DNA of 64,000 nt from an uncultured virus (IMG/VR IMGVR_UViG_3300034072_002082). Lineage: Duplodnaviria; Heunggongvirae; Uroviricota; Caudoviricetes. Shown piece by piece: positions 18,397-28,723 of the stretch. The notes below the pieces were generated by a model, which searched no databases, was not told the DNA's origin, and saw nothing but the letters and a program-made list of their open reading frames with translations. Each line of letters begins with the position of its first letter. The first letter of the stretch is position 1. The stretch lies in IMG/VR virus record IMGVR_UViG_3300034072_002082; one strand, given 5' to 3'. A program made the translations under genes and the position numbers.

Positions 18397-19430
18397 GCTT
18401 CTTCTCCAAGGGTGTTGCGCGCTAAGGCGCCGGATGTGACCAGGGTCTCGCACATGCCGCATTCGGTATCTTCGCTATAAAGAGCGAGCACCTTACGCAG
18501 GCGTTCGATCTCGGCTTGCTCCTGCGTCTGGATGGCGATTGCCGCTTCAGCATAGCGGGATTGCATCCACCAGGTGTCCCATGGCCCCTCACGCTCCGGG
18601 TCGTCCTTCAGGGCAATGCAGATTGCCTTGGCGACGGCGCTGAGGTCCGAGACCTGGCGAGGAGGCACTTGGTTCACCTTCGCGAGCGCCGCACTTGCAG
18701 CAGTCTCGCAGAAGTCGAACGCTTCAGGATTGGTATGGGGGTCGAACTGGGGACCGTAGAGCGCCTGAGCGATCGCAGTGGGAAGTTCGGTGCCGAGCTG
18801 CGAGACGTGGACACGGGCAATCACATCGCACAGCGCTGCTGTACTGATGGCTTCATCTGACGAGGCCTCGTCGCCATAGTTGGCGATCAGGTAGGCCTGA
18901 CCCTCGCACCAGCCGGACAGGTAGTCACCTGTGACGTTGCTGGCCGGCGGCAGCAAAACGCGCATGACCTTGGCCGCCTCGGCACTCTCGTCACCTTCTC
19001 GGCTGTTCCAGCGGCGCACGAGGTCGTCATGTTCCTTCTGCCCTGGGATGAGGACAGCGTCGCCGACAAGGTGCGCGTGCCGGCAGACGATTTCGAAGCT
19101 CGTGCGATCCGGAAAGCGGGGGTCCGATGCCGGGATCGATCGCTCCTTGATCACCGGCTTGCATCCCCATGGGCACTTGGTCGGCTGGAGGTCAGTTCGG
19201 GGAGGGTTCTTCTGCAAGAGCTCCTGAACTTCAGCTCCCAAGGGCGTGATTTCCCACGGATTGTCATTGGTCGTGGTCCAGCGCTTCTCGGCAAGGTTCA
19301 AGCGCGCCAGTGTGGCAAAGAAGGGAATGTGCTCACGCTCGTGGTAATACTTGATCCCGGCTGGAGGAAAGGCCAGCAAGGCATCTTTGGCGCCGGCCGA
19401 CAGCTGCTGGGCAATAGAGAATGCGGACAT
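18393..19430 (-). CDS. mosaic hypothetical protein with internal Lar-like Cys motif
   Basis: PTKCPWGC...EIVC...RRWNSR segment. Confidence 0.6.
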   Translation of the reverse strand: MSAFSIAQQLSAGAKDALLAFPPAGIKYYHEREHIPFFATLARLNLAEKRWTTTNDNPWEITPLGAEVQELLQKNPPRTDLQPTKCPWGCKPVIKERSIPASDPRFPDRTSFEIVCRHAHLVGDAVLIPGQKEHDDLVRRWNSREGDESAEAAKVMRVLLPPASNVTGDYLSGWCEGQAYLIANYGDEASSDEAISTAALCDVIARVHVSQLGTELPTAIAQALYGPQFDPHTNPEAFDFCETAASAALAKVNQVPPRQVSDLSAVAKAICIALKDDPEREGPWDTWWMQSRYAEAAIAIQTQEQAEIERLRKVLALYSEDTECGMCETLVTSGALARNTLGEEA

Positions 19431-19542
19431 GCGGCCGCCCTTTCATATGGATGAATGTGAGTGTGCAAGCGAACGGACATCAGCCGCAGGCCAATCTGAA
19501 AATCTCGGAAGATTCTATCGGACGTCTATTTGGTCGGCAATG

Positions 19543-20331
19543 TCACAATGTCCATGGGACAGCATTGCTGGCAGCACCGCTACTGGCGCTGGCGGTAATC
19601 GCCCGCATAACTTCTATCGGGCTGCTGAAGTTTGAGGGACCATCGACCCGCAAGGGAGTTAGCGACAATCGCGCGGGTCGCTCCTCGCCATTTGACGTCT
19701 GGATACCAAGGAGCCTGGCGGACATGACCATGGGTATGTCGCTTGAGGCGAAGGGGACGTCGACGTCGTTCAGTGTGTAATAGGCCGAGCTCAGGGGCGT
19801 GCGATGTGTCACCGAACTGACGCTTCGGGACTTGGCGATACTCTCTGCCTGTGTGGCAAGGCGCATTGTCCCAAGATAGATCTCGTCACGTGGTGTGCAG
19901 GCGATCCCATCTTGATCGCACATGGCAGCCATCGCCGTATAGCCGAGCCGGGTCATCATTTGGATGTCCCGCCGGTAGTCGTCTTCGCAACCGCCGACCA
20001 CGGAGCAACTGGGATCGAGATTAAACTTTGCGGTCAAAGAGGTAAAAGTGAACTCGATGTGCAAAGTCCGATTGATTGGATCGCGGTTGCTGCACTGCTC
20101 CCAGTGAACGAAGGTTACACCATCGATCCTGATGCGCACGATTTCGTGATCGAAACGGCAGGGGGTAGCTTCGCCCTCGCCATTGGCGATACGGTCTGCA
20201 AGCGAAGCTGCCAGCCGCCACAGGCGCGTCCAGATCCCCCCTCTACAAGGCGTCGAGCGGCCTTGTTCATAACGCCTCTGAATAGCTGTCCAGCCGTCAT
20301 CAATGATGTGGAGGCTGTCGGTCGAGCGCAT
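19543..20331 (-). CDS. hypothetical protein, tandem paralog 5
   Basis: VTHRTPLS...SPIEVMR motifs shared with neighbours. Confidence 0.65.
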   Translation of the reverse strand: MRSTDSLHIIDDGWTAIQRRYEQGRSTPCRGGIWTRLWRLAASLADRIANGEGEATPCRFDHEIVRIRIDGVTFVHWEQCSNRDPINRTLHIEFTFTSLTAKFNLDPSCSVVGGCEDDYRRDIQMMTRLGYTAMAAMCDQDGIACTPRDEIYLGTMRLATQAESIAKSRSVSSVTHRTPLSSAYYTLNDVDVPFASSDIPMVMSARLLGIQTSNGEERPARLSLTPLRVDGPSNFSSPIEVMRAITASASSGAASNAVPWTL

Positions 20332-20357
20332 TTTCGTAACTCCTGGTCCGCTGACCT

Positions 20358-21095
20358 TCAGAAGGGCGGATTGCCCCACTTCAGCTGCCAGGCGCCCTCA
20401 GGCACCTCGATCGCTGGACCGGCTGGGAGGTTAGCCAGCAAGCGCATCAGCGCCACCGGATCAGACGCACTGGGCCCCATGTGCGTGACCCGCTGGCCAA
20501 GTCGCAGGACGTCGCCATCAGAAGGGTCGTGGCTGAATTCGACATGGCAGTGCTGGGCCAGGAACCAAGCTTGATGCGTGGGTGAGAGGGTAAAGGATGC
20601 CTCCTCGACACCTCGCCGATGCATCACGACCTTAGCCGTCTCGAACGGCGTCGGGGGGCAGATCTTCACATCATTGGGCGCGATGCCGGCGTTTAGCGCC
20701 AGGCTTGCGCAAATGGCGTCGCTGCGCGCGATGACCGCATGGTGGAGCGCGGCCGGGACGGGATCACAGCATGCTTGGAGGGCCTTCAGCGCAACATCAC
20801 AGATCTCGGCCATCTCGTGATGGTCGATGTGGATGTCAGGACGGGTCGGCAGTCGCAGGGTCACCGTCTTGAGACCCGGGCTTTTCAAGGTCACATCGAT
20901 ACATGCACCGTAGGTCGCAAACATCATGAACTTGGCAGCAGTCTGGGAGACAAAGCCACCGGGGTTGTCCGAGCGCACTGGGCGGTCGCGAAACGAGCGC
21001 AGCGTGCGCATCCAGCCCCGTCGCATGGTCATCGCAGGATCGGTGAAGTTGCTTGAGGCAACCAGCGGAAGAGTGGTCACCAGATGCACTCCCAT
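20358..21095 (-). CDS. hypothetical protein, tandem paralog 4
   Basis: VKICPPTPF...DPVALMR. Confidence 0.65.
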   Translation of the reverse strand: MGVHLVTTLPLVASSNFTDPAMTMRRGWMRTLRSFRDRPVRSDNPGGFVSQTAAKFMMFATYGACIDVTLKSPGLKTVTLRLPTRPDIHIDHHEMAEICDVALKALQACCDPVPAALHHAVIARSDAICASLALNAGIAPNDVKICPPTPFETAKVVMHRRGVEEASFTLSPTHQAWFLAQHCHVEFSHDPSDGDVLRLGQRVTHMGPSASDPVALMRLLANLPAGPAIEVPEGAWQLKWGNPPF

Positions 21096-21889
21096 TCCTC
21101 TTCAGGAATGATCAGGGGCGGTGCAGCAGAGAGCTCGACGAATTGGGCCCGTGCATACATGCGCAGCATGGAAACCGGGTCCTGTTTGAAGTCGACCACG
21201 ACATCTGTGGGGTAAGCGGCAAGACTGAGCTTCAGCTCGCTGTCTGTCATTGCGCACGAATAGGGCGCAATGCGTAGCGGCATCCAACCGGCGTGCTCAG
21301 GCTGAATCTCGGCGTAAGCGTACTGCTCACGCACTTGCGACGAGACGCTGACCTGCAATGCATCGCTGACAGGCGAGGGAGGCCTTACCGTAACGGAATT
21401 GATCTCCTCCGTGTTCAGGGACTTTACGTGGAGGGCAATTGCATCGCGCCGCCTCTCGAATTCCTCCTGTAGCAGGTCGAGTTCCTTCGGCTCGGCCTGG
21501 CCAGCTTCCAGCAGCAGCAAAGCAAGGTCAATGCAGCCGATCAGCGACGTCGCAAGGCCGGCGTCGGGGTGCCTGTTGCTGGTCGAGGTCAGGAATGGGT
21601 CCGGGGTAGCCAGGTTGAGCGTGCGATCCTTGAAGGCAATGCTCAGTTCCAGGTTGGCGCTGCGGGCTGACAGGCATAGCCCCAGACCGTTTGACAGGCG
21701 CCACATGGCCGCACCGATCATGTCGGGCATATCGTCTCGCTCAGCAACGGTGAGTTCGCGCATTTCCTTCAAGAAGGGAATGAGCCCGGCATACTTGCGA
21801 AGGTCGGTGTCACCACGCTGGCACTGCGGCAACACTGGCAGATCGCGTGAGATGGTGCGATCGCCGTAGCGCTGGACATGAAGGCTCAT
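21077..21889 (-). CDS. hypothetical protein, tandem paralog 3
   Basis: VTVRPPSPV...DPVSMLR; ATGA overlap at 21886-21889. Confidence 0.65.
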   Translation of the reverse strand: MSLHVQRYGDRTISRDLPVLPQCQRGDTDLRKYAGLIPFLKEMRELTVAERDDMPDMIGAAMWRLSNGLGLCLSARSANLELSIAFKDRTLNLATPDPFLTSTSNRHPDAGLATSLIGCIDLALLLLEAGQAEPKELDLLQEEFERRRDAIALHVKSLNTEEINSVTVRPPSPVSDALQVSVSSQVREQYAYAEIQPEHAGWMPLRIAPYSCAMTDSELKLSLAAYPTDVVVDFKQDPVSMLRMYARAQFVELSAAPPLIIPEEEWECIW

Positions 21890-22686
21890 GCCAGCCCCGC
21901 AGTGGTGAGCGCAGGCTGCCACCGGCCAAAGGCGCGAAGAGCATCCATCGGACCAAGCCGCGCCTGTCCCTCGTGCCATGCTTCTACGACGTTGACGACG
22001 AGGCGGTGGCCGCCACCTGAGTGGCTGCTCCACATGCATTTGATCGTCGGAGACATTTCAGGGCGGACGAGCACGGTAAGGTGCTTGATGCGCTCAGCGA
22101 TCTCGGCCTTCACGTCGACGGTGCCGTCGATCGAGGGAATAGGCCCGTCAGCCCATAGGGCGCGATCGAGACCGTGCTTGGCGATACGGGTCCTGGCGAG
22201 GATCTTGCCCTTGGTCCATGGCGTCGGGGCGCGGACAGTGACCTTGCCGTTCACGCTCATCAGGGCGTGGGCCACGATATGGGCTAGCTCCTCGTGGACA
22301 CCCGCCGGGGTTCCTGCTGCCTGCAAGGCAAGCTCCTCACCGATGTCGAGCAGTTCGAAAGCGGTGGTGAGCGGGTCGGCCGCAGGACGCGTACCGTCAC
22401 AGGGAAGCTTCAACGACAGGTGAGGGGCGCAGCCGCCCTGTCCCGCAAATTGAATTCCCCAGCTCTCGGCCGAGGTTTCTACGGTGACGATGAAGTTCTT
22501 GACCCTGGCCTTGTGGTAGATGTGGTCATCTTCATAAGAGAAGCCTGCTTGCACAGCCGTCCAGGCAGAAGGCCACTCCTGCCTCAGCATTCGGCGAAAC
22601 TCACGGACAGCCTTCAGGAAGCCTCTTCGCGATGCGCCGACAGATCCAGTGGATTGGTCAAAATGGTCAATGATCGTGACGTTCAT
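21886..22686 (-). CDS. hypothetical protein, tandem paralog 2
   Basis: VTVRAPTPW...GPMDALR; ATGA overlap at 22683-22686. Confidence 0.65.
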   Translation of the reverse strand: MNVTIIDHFDQSTGSVGASRRGFLKAVREFRRMLRQEWPSAWTAVQAGFSYEDDHIYHKARVKNFIVTVETSAESWGIQFAGQGGCAPHLSLKLPCDGTRPAADPLTTAFELLDIGEELALQAAGTPAGVHEELAHIVAHALMSVNGKVTVRAPTPWTKGKILARTRIAKHGLDRALWADGPIPSIDGTVDVKAEIAERIKHLTVLVRPEMSPTIKCMWSSHSGGGHRLVVNVVEAWHEGQARLGPMDALRAFGRWQPALTTAGLA

Positions 22687-23360
22687 TGGTGGCGGCTCCC
22701 CCAGAGGTTGTAGTAGCGGAGCCGTTCTAGCGGCCCCATATCGGATGGGTTGATCATGGTCGTGCGAGCGGTCAGGTGGACGACGGTGACTGGCTCGTTG
22801 TCCATGGCCGGTGTCTGGTAGACGTCGAGGGAGATCGTCGGAGGCAGCGCATCCTCGCCCTCGATGTGACGAATGGCCGATGACCCTTGGCGGCTCATGG
22901 CTATGATCTTGGCACCGCCATATGGCATCTCCTCGTTGACCGTGATCTGGTCCCAGTCGCCCGTGGTGCACTGGAGCAAGGCCAAGGCTCGTGCCGTGCG
23001 CAGCTCGTGCATCGCCTTGTCGTATCCCTGCTCGATCCCCTGAAAGGCCGCGACGGCCAGCCCGAGGAGATACGGATCTCGCTCGGGCTTTCGAGGCAGC
23101 CGGGTAATCCCGTCAGGACTGGCCAGGCAGACATTCAGCCTCTGCCCAAGGACTTGGAATTGGGCGTTGGCTACACCAGCGCGATCGGTGGCGAGAGCGG
23201 ACGTCAGCTGACTGTTGAATGCCGAAATGGCAAGGATGCGTCCGACTGCGAAGACGGACGCATCATCAGGATTTGCATTGGCCTGACGGGGCCTCAAGGC
23301 CCGGGTCAGCACTCGGCCACTAAAGTCGAACGGGTGGTTCAAGGTGCTGCCCCCGGGCAA
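22683..23360 (-). CDS. hypothetical protein, tandem paralog 1
   Basis: ITVNEEMPY...GPLERLR; start uncertain. Confidence 0.6.
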   Translation of the reverse strand: MPGGSTLNHPFDFSGRVLTRALRPRQANANPDDASVFAVGRILAISAFNSQLTSALATDRAGVANAQFQVLGQRLNVCLASPDGITRLPRKPERDPYLLGLAVAAFQGIEQGYDKAMHELRTARALALLQCTTGDWDQITVNEEMPYGGAKIIAMSRQGSSAIRHIEGEDALPPTISLDVYQTPAMDNEPVTVVHLTARTTMINPSDMGPLERLRYYNLWGSRHQ

Positions 23361-23391
23361 TGTCGAACGTACTTATCGGCCTGATTGAGGC

Positions 23392-24228
23392 TTATTCAGC
23401 CAGGTTGGTCAGCCTGACGGCGATGTGGCTGTTCAGGCGTGCCGGGGCGTCCTCGCCGCCATAGGCATTGTAGGCGATCGCGCAGATCTCCTGCCAGATG
23501 TCCTCGGGCATATCCGAGGAATCGCCTTCGCCGAAGCTGTCGACCAGAACGATCGTGTCCGACCACTCGTCAGCATCCGTGCCGCGCGTGTGGTAGGTGA
23601 AGATCTTGTTGGCGGGCTGGTTGAGCCAGGCCATGAAATCCGGGCGGCGGAAATATTGCGGGGCATTCACCGTCAGGCCGGCAGTCTTGGTCACTTCCGG
23701 CGGGTGAGCGACTGCAGGGGCCTCGCCTAAGCCAAGGCCCAGACCAGTGATGCTCTTGAGCAGATTGTCAGCAGCAATCTTGGCAGCTGCCTCGTGCGCC
23801 TTTTCGCGGGCTTCGCGTTCGAATGTTTCCTGGCCTGTGTATTCAACGAGGATCACATTCCAGCTGCCGTCTTCGTTCTTTTCGACGCAGTGCTTTTCAG
23901 AATATTGGTCAAAGACCTCCCAGACGCCTTCCAAAATGTAAGGCTGGTGGCTGGGAACCGTCTTGATGAGGATGGTAGTTTCTCCATCATGCATGATAGC
24001 AGATGACCCGGCCTGCGGACCTGTCTCGGGAACGCCATCGGGATTTGCATCGACTTCCACGGCACGTTCGAGGCACTGCTTCATGGCCTTGAGACCGGGA
24101 TCGGATGCGAACAAGTCCTCCAGCGTTTCTCCCCCTGGAGTGATTGACGAGCGCACGAGCTGAGCCAGCGCGCGAACCACCGGGTTGCCACTGACGTTGG
24201 CGCGATCGAGTAGTTGCAAGATGGGCAT
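23392..24228 (-). CDS. acidic hypothetical protein
   Basis: 278-aa ORF with AAGGA RBS. Confidence 0.7.
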   Translation of the reverse strand: MPILQLLDRANVSGNPVVRALAQLVRSSITPGGETLEDLFASDPGLKAMKQCLERAVEVDANPDGVPETGPQAGSSAIMHDGETTILIKTVPSHQPYILEGVWEVFDQYSEKHCVEKNEDGSWNVILVEYTGQETFEREAREKAHEAAAKIAADNLLKSITGLGLGLGEAPAVAHPPEVTKTAGLTVNAPQYFRRPDFMAWLNQPANKIFTYHTRGTDADEWSDTIVLVDSFGEGDSSDMPEDIWQEICAIAYNAYGGEDAPARLNSHIAVRLTNLAE

Positions 24229-24254
24229 GTTAGGTCCTTAGTTGTTGTTCGAAA

Positions 24255-25127
24255 TCAGGCGGCTGAGAGGTTGCTGGTGACAGCATCCGGGAGGACATGA
24301 CCGTCCTCACGCATTTCCTGCTTCTCGTGCCCCCGCACGTGGCGGAAGCCTTCAAAAACCAGTTCGTCAGCGTAGTGACCTGGCAGCCCCTCGATCAGCT
24401 GGATCGAGCAGTTGGCAGGGTTTGGCTCGCGTTCGACCTGCTCCCATTCCCAGTGCAGCCAACGATGGCGGAACTGGCGAATGGTGACCCCGTGGCTGAC
24501 CAGGACGAAGTCGAGGATGGGGCCATCAGGGCCAGCGTAGGGATCCTTGCCAGTGTGCTGGACGGGATAAGGATTTGCTGGCGCTGTGCGGGGCGTGCTG
24601 TCGCGCAGAATCGTGCCGAAGAGCGCCTTGACCCTGTCGCCGACCTGGATGCGGCTCTCGCCCATCGGCATGGGCGCAAAGAGCTCGCCCGAGAAGTCGA
24701 CGTGCTTCTGGTAATGGGCGTGCTCGCGGGGAAACATCTCCGCCAGCTGATGGTCTTCAAGGCCGTCATAGAGGCCGAAGCTGATCTCGCGCAGTTCCAT
24801 GGCCTCGCGGCTGTCGTAGGCAAAGCCAGCCTCATCGAGAGCCCGCCGCAGTCCGGCGGCCGTCTGGCGAGTGCGCAGGTAAGGTGAGACGAGCAGCCGC
24901 ATGCGGCGCATCTGGTTCGGGTTGCGCCCGGTCATGCGGATGTAATTCACCAGTTCCTGGCCAGCGAGATAGGCCTGGGCATGCCCGTTGCCGATCGGGT
25001 TGCTACAGGTCGGGTCGCCGGCCAGCTCGACCGCGTGGTCGGGCTTTCGCGCATTGACCGTCTTATCCATATTCGCCTCTGAAAGGCCATGACGAATGAG
25101 GAATATACGAACGGCTGGGCGTTTCAT
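24255..25127 (-). CDS. histidine phosphatase (phosphoglycerate mutase-like) family protein
   Basis: LIRHG.S..N, VSPYLRTRQT, LREISFG, GES and LVSHG motifs. Confidence 0.92.
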   Translation of the reverse strand: MKRPAVRIFLIRHGLSEANMDKTVNARKPDHAVELAGDPTCSNPIGNGHAQAYLAGQELVNYIRMTGRNPNQMRRMRLLVSPYLRTRQTAAGLRRALDEAGFAYDSREAMELREISFGLYDGLEDHQLAEMFPREHAHYQKHVDFSGELFAPMPMGESRIQVGDRVKALFGTILRDSTPRTAPANPYPVQHTGKDPYAGPDGPILDFVLVSHGVTIRQFRHRWLHWEWEQVEREPNPANCSIQLIEGLPGHYADELVFEGFRHVRGHEKQEMREDGHVLPDAVTSNLSAA

Positions 25128-25541
25128 GTGTGCGCCTTTTCTTCCCAGAGAGCGATGATGTGCGAGACCATGAGAACATGATCTCTCTACCCTGCATTGC
25201 AGGTGCTATGATGTGCCAATGGCACATTGGACGTTAGCCGTCGACAAGGAACAGACCTCCGTTGGTTGGAACTCCTTCCTGAACTCACCAACCAGCCTTC
25301 TATCGGTCCTTTGACTGCTCCAACGAGGGTAGGGTTACGCTGCGTTCCTGATGTGTCGAGATACCTCTGTCGGCCCCAGGATAAGCAATTGCTGTTTTTC
25401 TGCGGTGAAGGTTCGATCCGACCAACCAATTGGTGTTGCCGAACAGCGAAATGGTTTTGCGGTCCAACCAATTGCTGTCGATGTACAACGAATTGCTTTC
25501 GTTGAGCGCATCTTTGAGATCAAACAGCCGGCTCTCCCATG

Positions 25542-25570
25542 CAAAAAGGCCGCCCGTGTGGGCGGCCTTT
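25542..25570. terminator. intrinsic terminator
   Basis: AAAAAGGCCGCCC-GTGT-GGGCGGCCTTT. Confidence 0.8.
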
Positions 25571-25588
25571 GAGGTCTTGAGGAGTTCG

Positions 25589-26284
25589 TCAGGCGGCTGC
25601 TGCTGCCACCGCCTGGTTCTCGTTGGCGGCGTCGCGCTCGAAGCGGTCGAAGTAGCCGACCGCTTCGCTGTAACGGATGTGCCCGCGCGGACGGCAGCCG
25701 GTCTCATCCTTGTAGCAATCGCTGTATTCCCCAAACAGCATCGGATCGATGTAGTTGATGTGGGCATAGGGATTGCTGGCGAGGCTCTCGTCGCGAAGGA
25801 GGTCGTAGGCAGCGCGGGCTGCAATGACCGCCGCATGCTTGCCGACTGCGTGGAAGCGGACCTCGGCCTCCTCGTTGCTCGCGGGGTAGCCATTGACGGC
25901 GTCCCATTCGCGCACGGCTTCGCTGCAGGCGCTGTAGTAGGCGCGGGAAGCGTCCTCGAGCTTCGGCCCCAATTCAAGCTGGACGGGGGTGGGCTCGCAG
26001 CTAACCAGCTCGTGGTCGGAGGTGGTGACCGTGAAGGCCAGGGCGCCGTCCACTTCCACCTGGACGAACTGGCCGCCGCTGAAGCTGAACACAAGCGAGA
26101 GATCGAACGTCTCAAGCGTCTTGACGCCCGTGAAGCCTCCATTGGCGGCGTAGGGATTATACGAGCCGTAGCGGACGGCCTGGACGACCTGGCTTGCCAG
26201 GATGCGTGACTTCTTGGGGTTGATGCCGAGCTTGCGGATCATCGGGTAGACGCGGTTGGCGAAGGTTTTGGTGTCAGTGCGCAT
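25589..26284 (-). CDS. hypothetical protein with YSD.YKD..G.RPR motif and ssrA-like tail
   Basis: YSDCYKDETGCRPRG resembles a phage-type motif; ends AANENQAVAAAAA. Confidence 0.7.
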   Translation of the reverse strand: MRTDTKTFANRVYPMIRKLGINPKKSRILASQVVQAVRYGSYNPYAANGGFTGVKTLETFDLSLVFSFSGGQFVQVEVDGALAFTVTTSDHELVSCEPTPVQLELGPKLEDASRAYYSACSEAVREWDAVNGYPASNEEAEVRFHAVGKHAAVIAARAAYDLLRDESLASNPYAHINYIDPMLFGEYSDCYKDETGCRPRGHIRYSEAVGYFDRFERDAANENQAVAAAAA

Positions 26285-26409
26285 CTGATTTCATCCTACA
26301 AACTGAGTTCGCAAAGGATGATGAGAACCCCTGAAATTGTCGGCAAAAGAAGAGCCCCGCACAATCGTTTGTGCGGGGCTTGCTTGGGCTTGGACCTGAG
26401 GCTGATCGA

Positions 26410-27162
26410 TCAGCTGACTTTGGCAGTTGGGGTCAGCCACACGGTGCCATTGCCGCGAAGCGTGTAGACGAGGCCTTCGCCCGATCGCATGGCGTTGCGG
26501 ACGCCGCGCACCAGCGGGCCGATCTGTACAGAGAGGTTGGCGCTGTACATCAGCATGAAGTCGCCATCGACGACGAGTTCGTCGCCATTGGCGAGTTCAA
26601 CAGCCTCGATCTCCTCGATGGGGACAGGGCTTTCGACGGCGAATACGCCGCGGCCGGAGATCTTCGGCTGCATGAAGCCGTTGCCCGACAGCACGCCCGT
26701 CACCGAAGTGTGGCGGTGGCTGGTGAGGCTGATCCCCGCAGAGCAGGCATAGAATGCCTTGTCATCGAGAAGCAGGGCGTCTGCCTCGCTGCTCATGGTT
26801 GCCAGGATAAAGTGACGGCGGCTGGGCTCGCACCAGATCTTGCCCCTGCCGGTGTACTTGGTGGCATAGGCGGACTCGCCGGTACCAGCCGAGCTCACTG
26901 CGCGAGCAAGGAACCCCTTGTTCTCGTGCCGGACCACTTCAGCCTGAAGCTTGCCGTGCATGTACTGCAGGGCACCAGGCTCGATCAGGGCGGCGCCGCC
27001 CTCCAGCTCGATCTCGAGTTGGTGGATGGCAGTCTGCTCGGTGATGTAATGCAGCACCGCCGGATCGTGCGTGGGGATACCACGGGCAATCGGCCGCTTC
27101 TCCATGAAGCGGTGCAGGCGCATCGTGATACCGTCCTGCGACTGCGACTGGACTTCTTGCAT
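26410..27162 (-). CDS. AIM24 family protein
   Basis: EPGALQYMHG, TGES...TKYTGRG, GNGF.Q.K.SG.G, LVVDG and SGEGLV..LRG.G.VW motifs. Confidence 0.88.
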   Translation of the reverse strand: MQEVQSQSQDGITMRLHRFMEKRPIARGIPTHDPAVLHYITEQTAIHQLEIELEGGAALIEPGALQYMHGKLQAEVVRHENKGFLARAVSSAGTGESAYATKYTGRGKIWCEPSRRHFILATMSSEADALLLDDKAFYACSAGISLTSHRHTSVTGVLSGNGFMQPKISGRGVFAVESPVPIEEIEAVELANGDELVVDGDFMLMYSANLSVQIGPLVRGVRNAMRSGEGLVYTLRGNGTVWLTPTAKVS

Positions 27163-27273
27163 GTAACCCAATTTTTCCTCCTTCGCCTCCAGCGTAAGGG
27201 AGGTCGTGTCCAAGGCACGTGCCGGGAATTGGTGCGACACTGGTGTCACACCAACTACCCCACAATGTGAGGA

Positions 27274-28053
27274 TTATTCCGGAAAAGGAAACAGCTTCTG
27301 CAGCTTTTCTGACGAGGAAACTGCCGAGAGCAGGTCTGCATTAGGCAGATCGATACCGTCGCGAACTGCCACAGCAGTGAGATGGAAAGCGAGCATCCTG
27401 AGCGCCTGGGTTTGTCCGCGCCGTACAGCCTCGTCCTTGGTGGTGATCAAGACGCCGTCCGACACATCCGACAACGACTTACGGATGTCATGAAGCTGCA
27501 AAGCTGGAGGCTCAAAACGCATCCAAGGGCGTCCCGGCATGCTGACCCATGCAGCATTTTCAGGAAGTTCCAGTTCGACGCGCTCATTATCAGTGAAGGT
27601 GTCTGCGCAGAGAATGTCGCCCCACCCATCCGTGCCGGACCAGAACAACGGCATGTCGGTTTCGTCGTCTCTTGTCCTTGAGACGATGTACCAAACCTCG
27701 GGTTCAGCCGGTTGCCCAATGATCGCAAAAATAGGCTCGTAGATCGGGTAGAGCGTTTTGCTGATCATATTGGCGATCATAGGGACCATGGCGGCTGCAT
27801 CACCGGGCGCCAGCTTTTTGGGGTCGGTCGTGGTCATGCTGTGAATGCGGCGCAGGGTCTTCACGATCTCTTCGGCTTGCGAGAAGACTTCAATCGCTCC
27901 TGCGGCCATTGTATCGCGAGCACGCTGGAGAGCATCGCTGGCCTGAGCTAGCGTCTCCACAGTGTCATCATTGGCAACCACGTCTTCCAGCAAGCCCAAA
28001 GCGTAGCTGAGGTCGAAGAAGATGGTTTCGGACGTGTTGCGCTTCTTGGTCAT
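27274..28053 (-). CDS. hypothetical protein
   Basis: Long ORF; PLFWS..DGW motif. Confidence 0.65.
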   Translation of the reverse strand: MTKKRNTSETIFFDLSYALGLLEDVVANDDTVETLAQASDALQRARDTMAAGAIEVFSQAEEIVKTLRRIHSMTTTDPKKLAPGDAAAMVPMIANMISKTLYPIYEPIFAIIGQPAEPEVWYIVSRTRDDETDMPLFWSGTDGWGDILCADTFTDNERVELELPENAAWVSMPGRPWMRFEPPALQLHDIRKSLSDVSDGVLITTKDEAVRRGQTQALRMLAFHLTAVAVRDGIDLPNADLLSAVSSSEKLQKLFPFPE

Positions 28054-28226
28054 AATCATTCCCCCGGGCCCGCGTTTGCATCCGACGGTCGGGTGCATCT
28101 GCTGCGGGCAGCTGTAATATGACCCCGGGAAATGGCGCGCGCTGCAACTGACCCCCCTAAAAAGCGAAAAAGCACACAAAACCCCGCCGGCGCGGTGCGC
28201 GGGCGGGGTCTGTGTTGATCGGTTGA

Positions 28227-28523
28227 TCAGGCGGCTGCGGCTTCAGCCGCTTCGGTCTCTGCGGCCTTGGGCGCGATGACCAGGAGGACGTTGTCCTTGA
28301 ACACGGCCTTGACCGTGATCTTGCGGCCCTTCTTGAGGCGGCTGGCGATGGCGTCGCGGGCGTCGCCGAATGCCTGGACTGTCAGCTTGCGCGGGTTCTT
28401 CGCGAAGTGGCAGTCAGCGTTTTTCAGGGTGGCGTACTTCCGTCCGGCGTCGGGGCCCGAAGCGATGGTGCCGGTCTTGACGCTCGAAGGGGTGAGGGTG
28501 ACGGTGAAAGGGAACTTGCTCAT
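28227..28523 (-). CDS. small OB-fold/SSB-like protein (paralog C)
   Basis: GRKY...LTVQAFG.ARD.I...LKKGRKITV; ends AEAAAA; terminator at about 28178-28210. Confidence 0.75.
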   Translation of the reverse strand: MSKFPFTVTLTPSSVKTGTIASGPDAGRKYATLKNADCHFAKNPRKLTVQAFGDARDAIASRLKKGRKITVKAVFKDNVLLVIAPKAAETEAAEAAAA

Positions 28524-28625
28524 ATCTGTGTCCTTGTGCTTGATTTTCGTTTGATCGCTCAGATCACATCCCATTCCTGATCGAAAAGCGGGGGTATGGG
28601 CCGAAGGGGCCTGATCGCCGGCCAG
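28524..28625 (-). promoter_or_regulatory. conserved structured leader C
   Basis: mRNA-sense GGCCCCTTCGGCCC-ATACCCCCGC...TCGATCAGGAA...TGATC/GATCA hairpin...GAAAATCAA...AAGGA. Confidence 0.75.
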
Positions 28626-28723
28626 CTCTGCCTGTCCGGCGCGAGGTTGCGTGCAACCTGCTGCGCCAAGCGCATGAAACCCCTGCCAGATGAAACTGGC
28701 AGGGGTCCAAAAGCACTAGAGCT

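Noticed and set aside
25300..26209. Long overlapping ORFs 25300..26142 (-) and 25430..26209 (+)
   Set aside because: Shadow frames of the 25589..26284 gene that run across a clear terminator.
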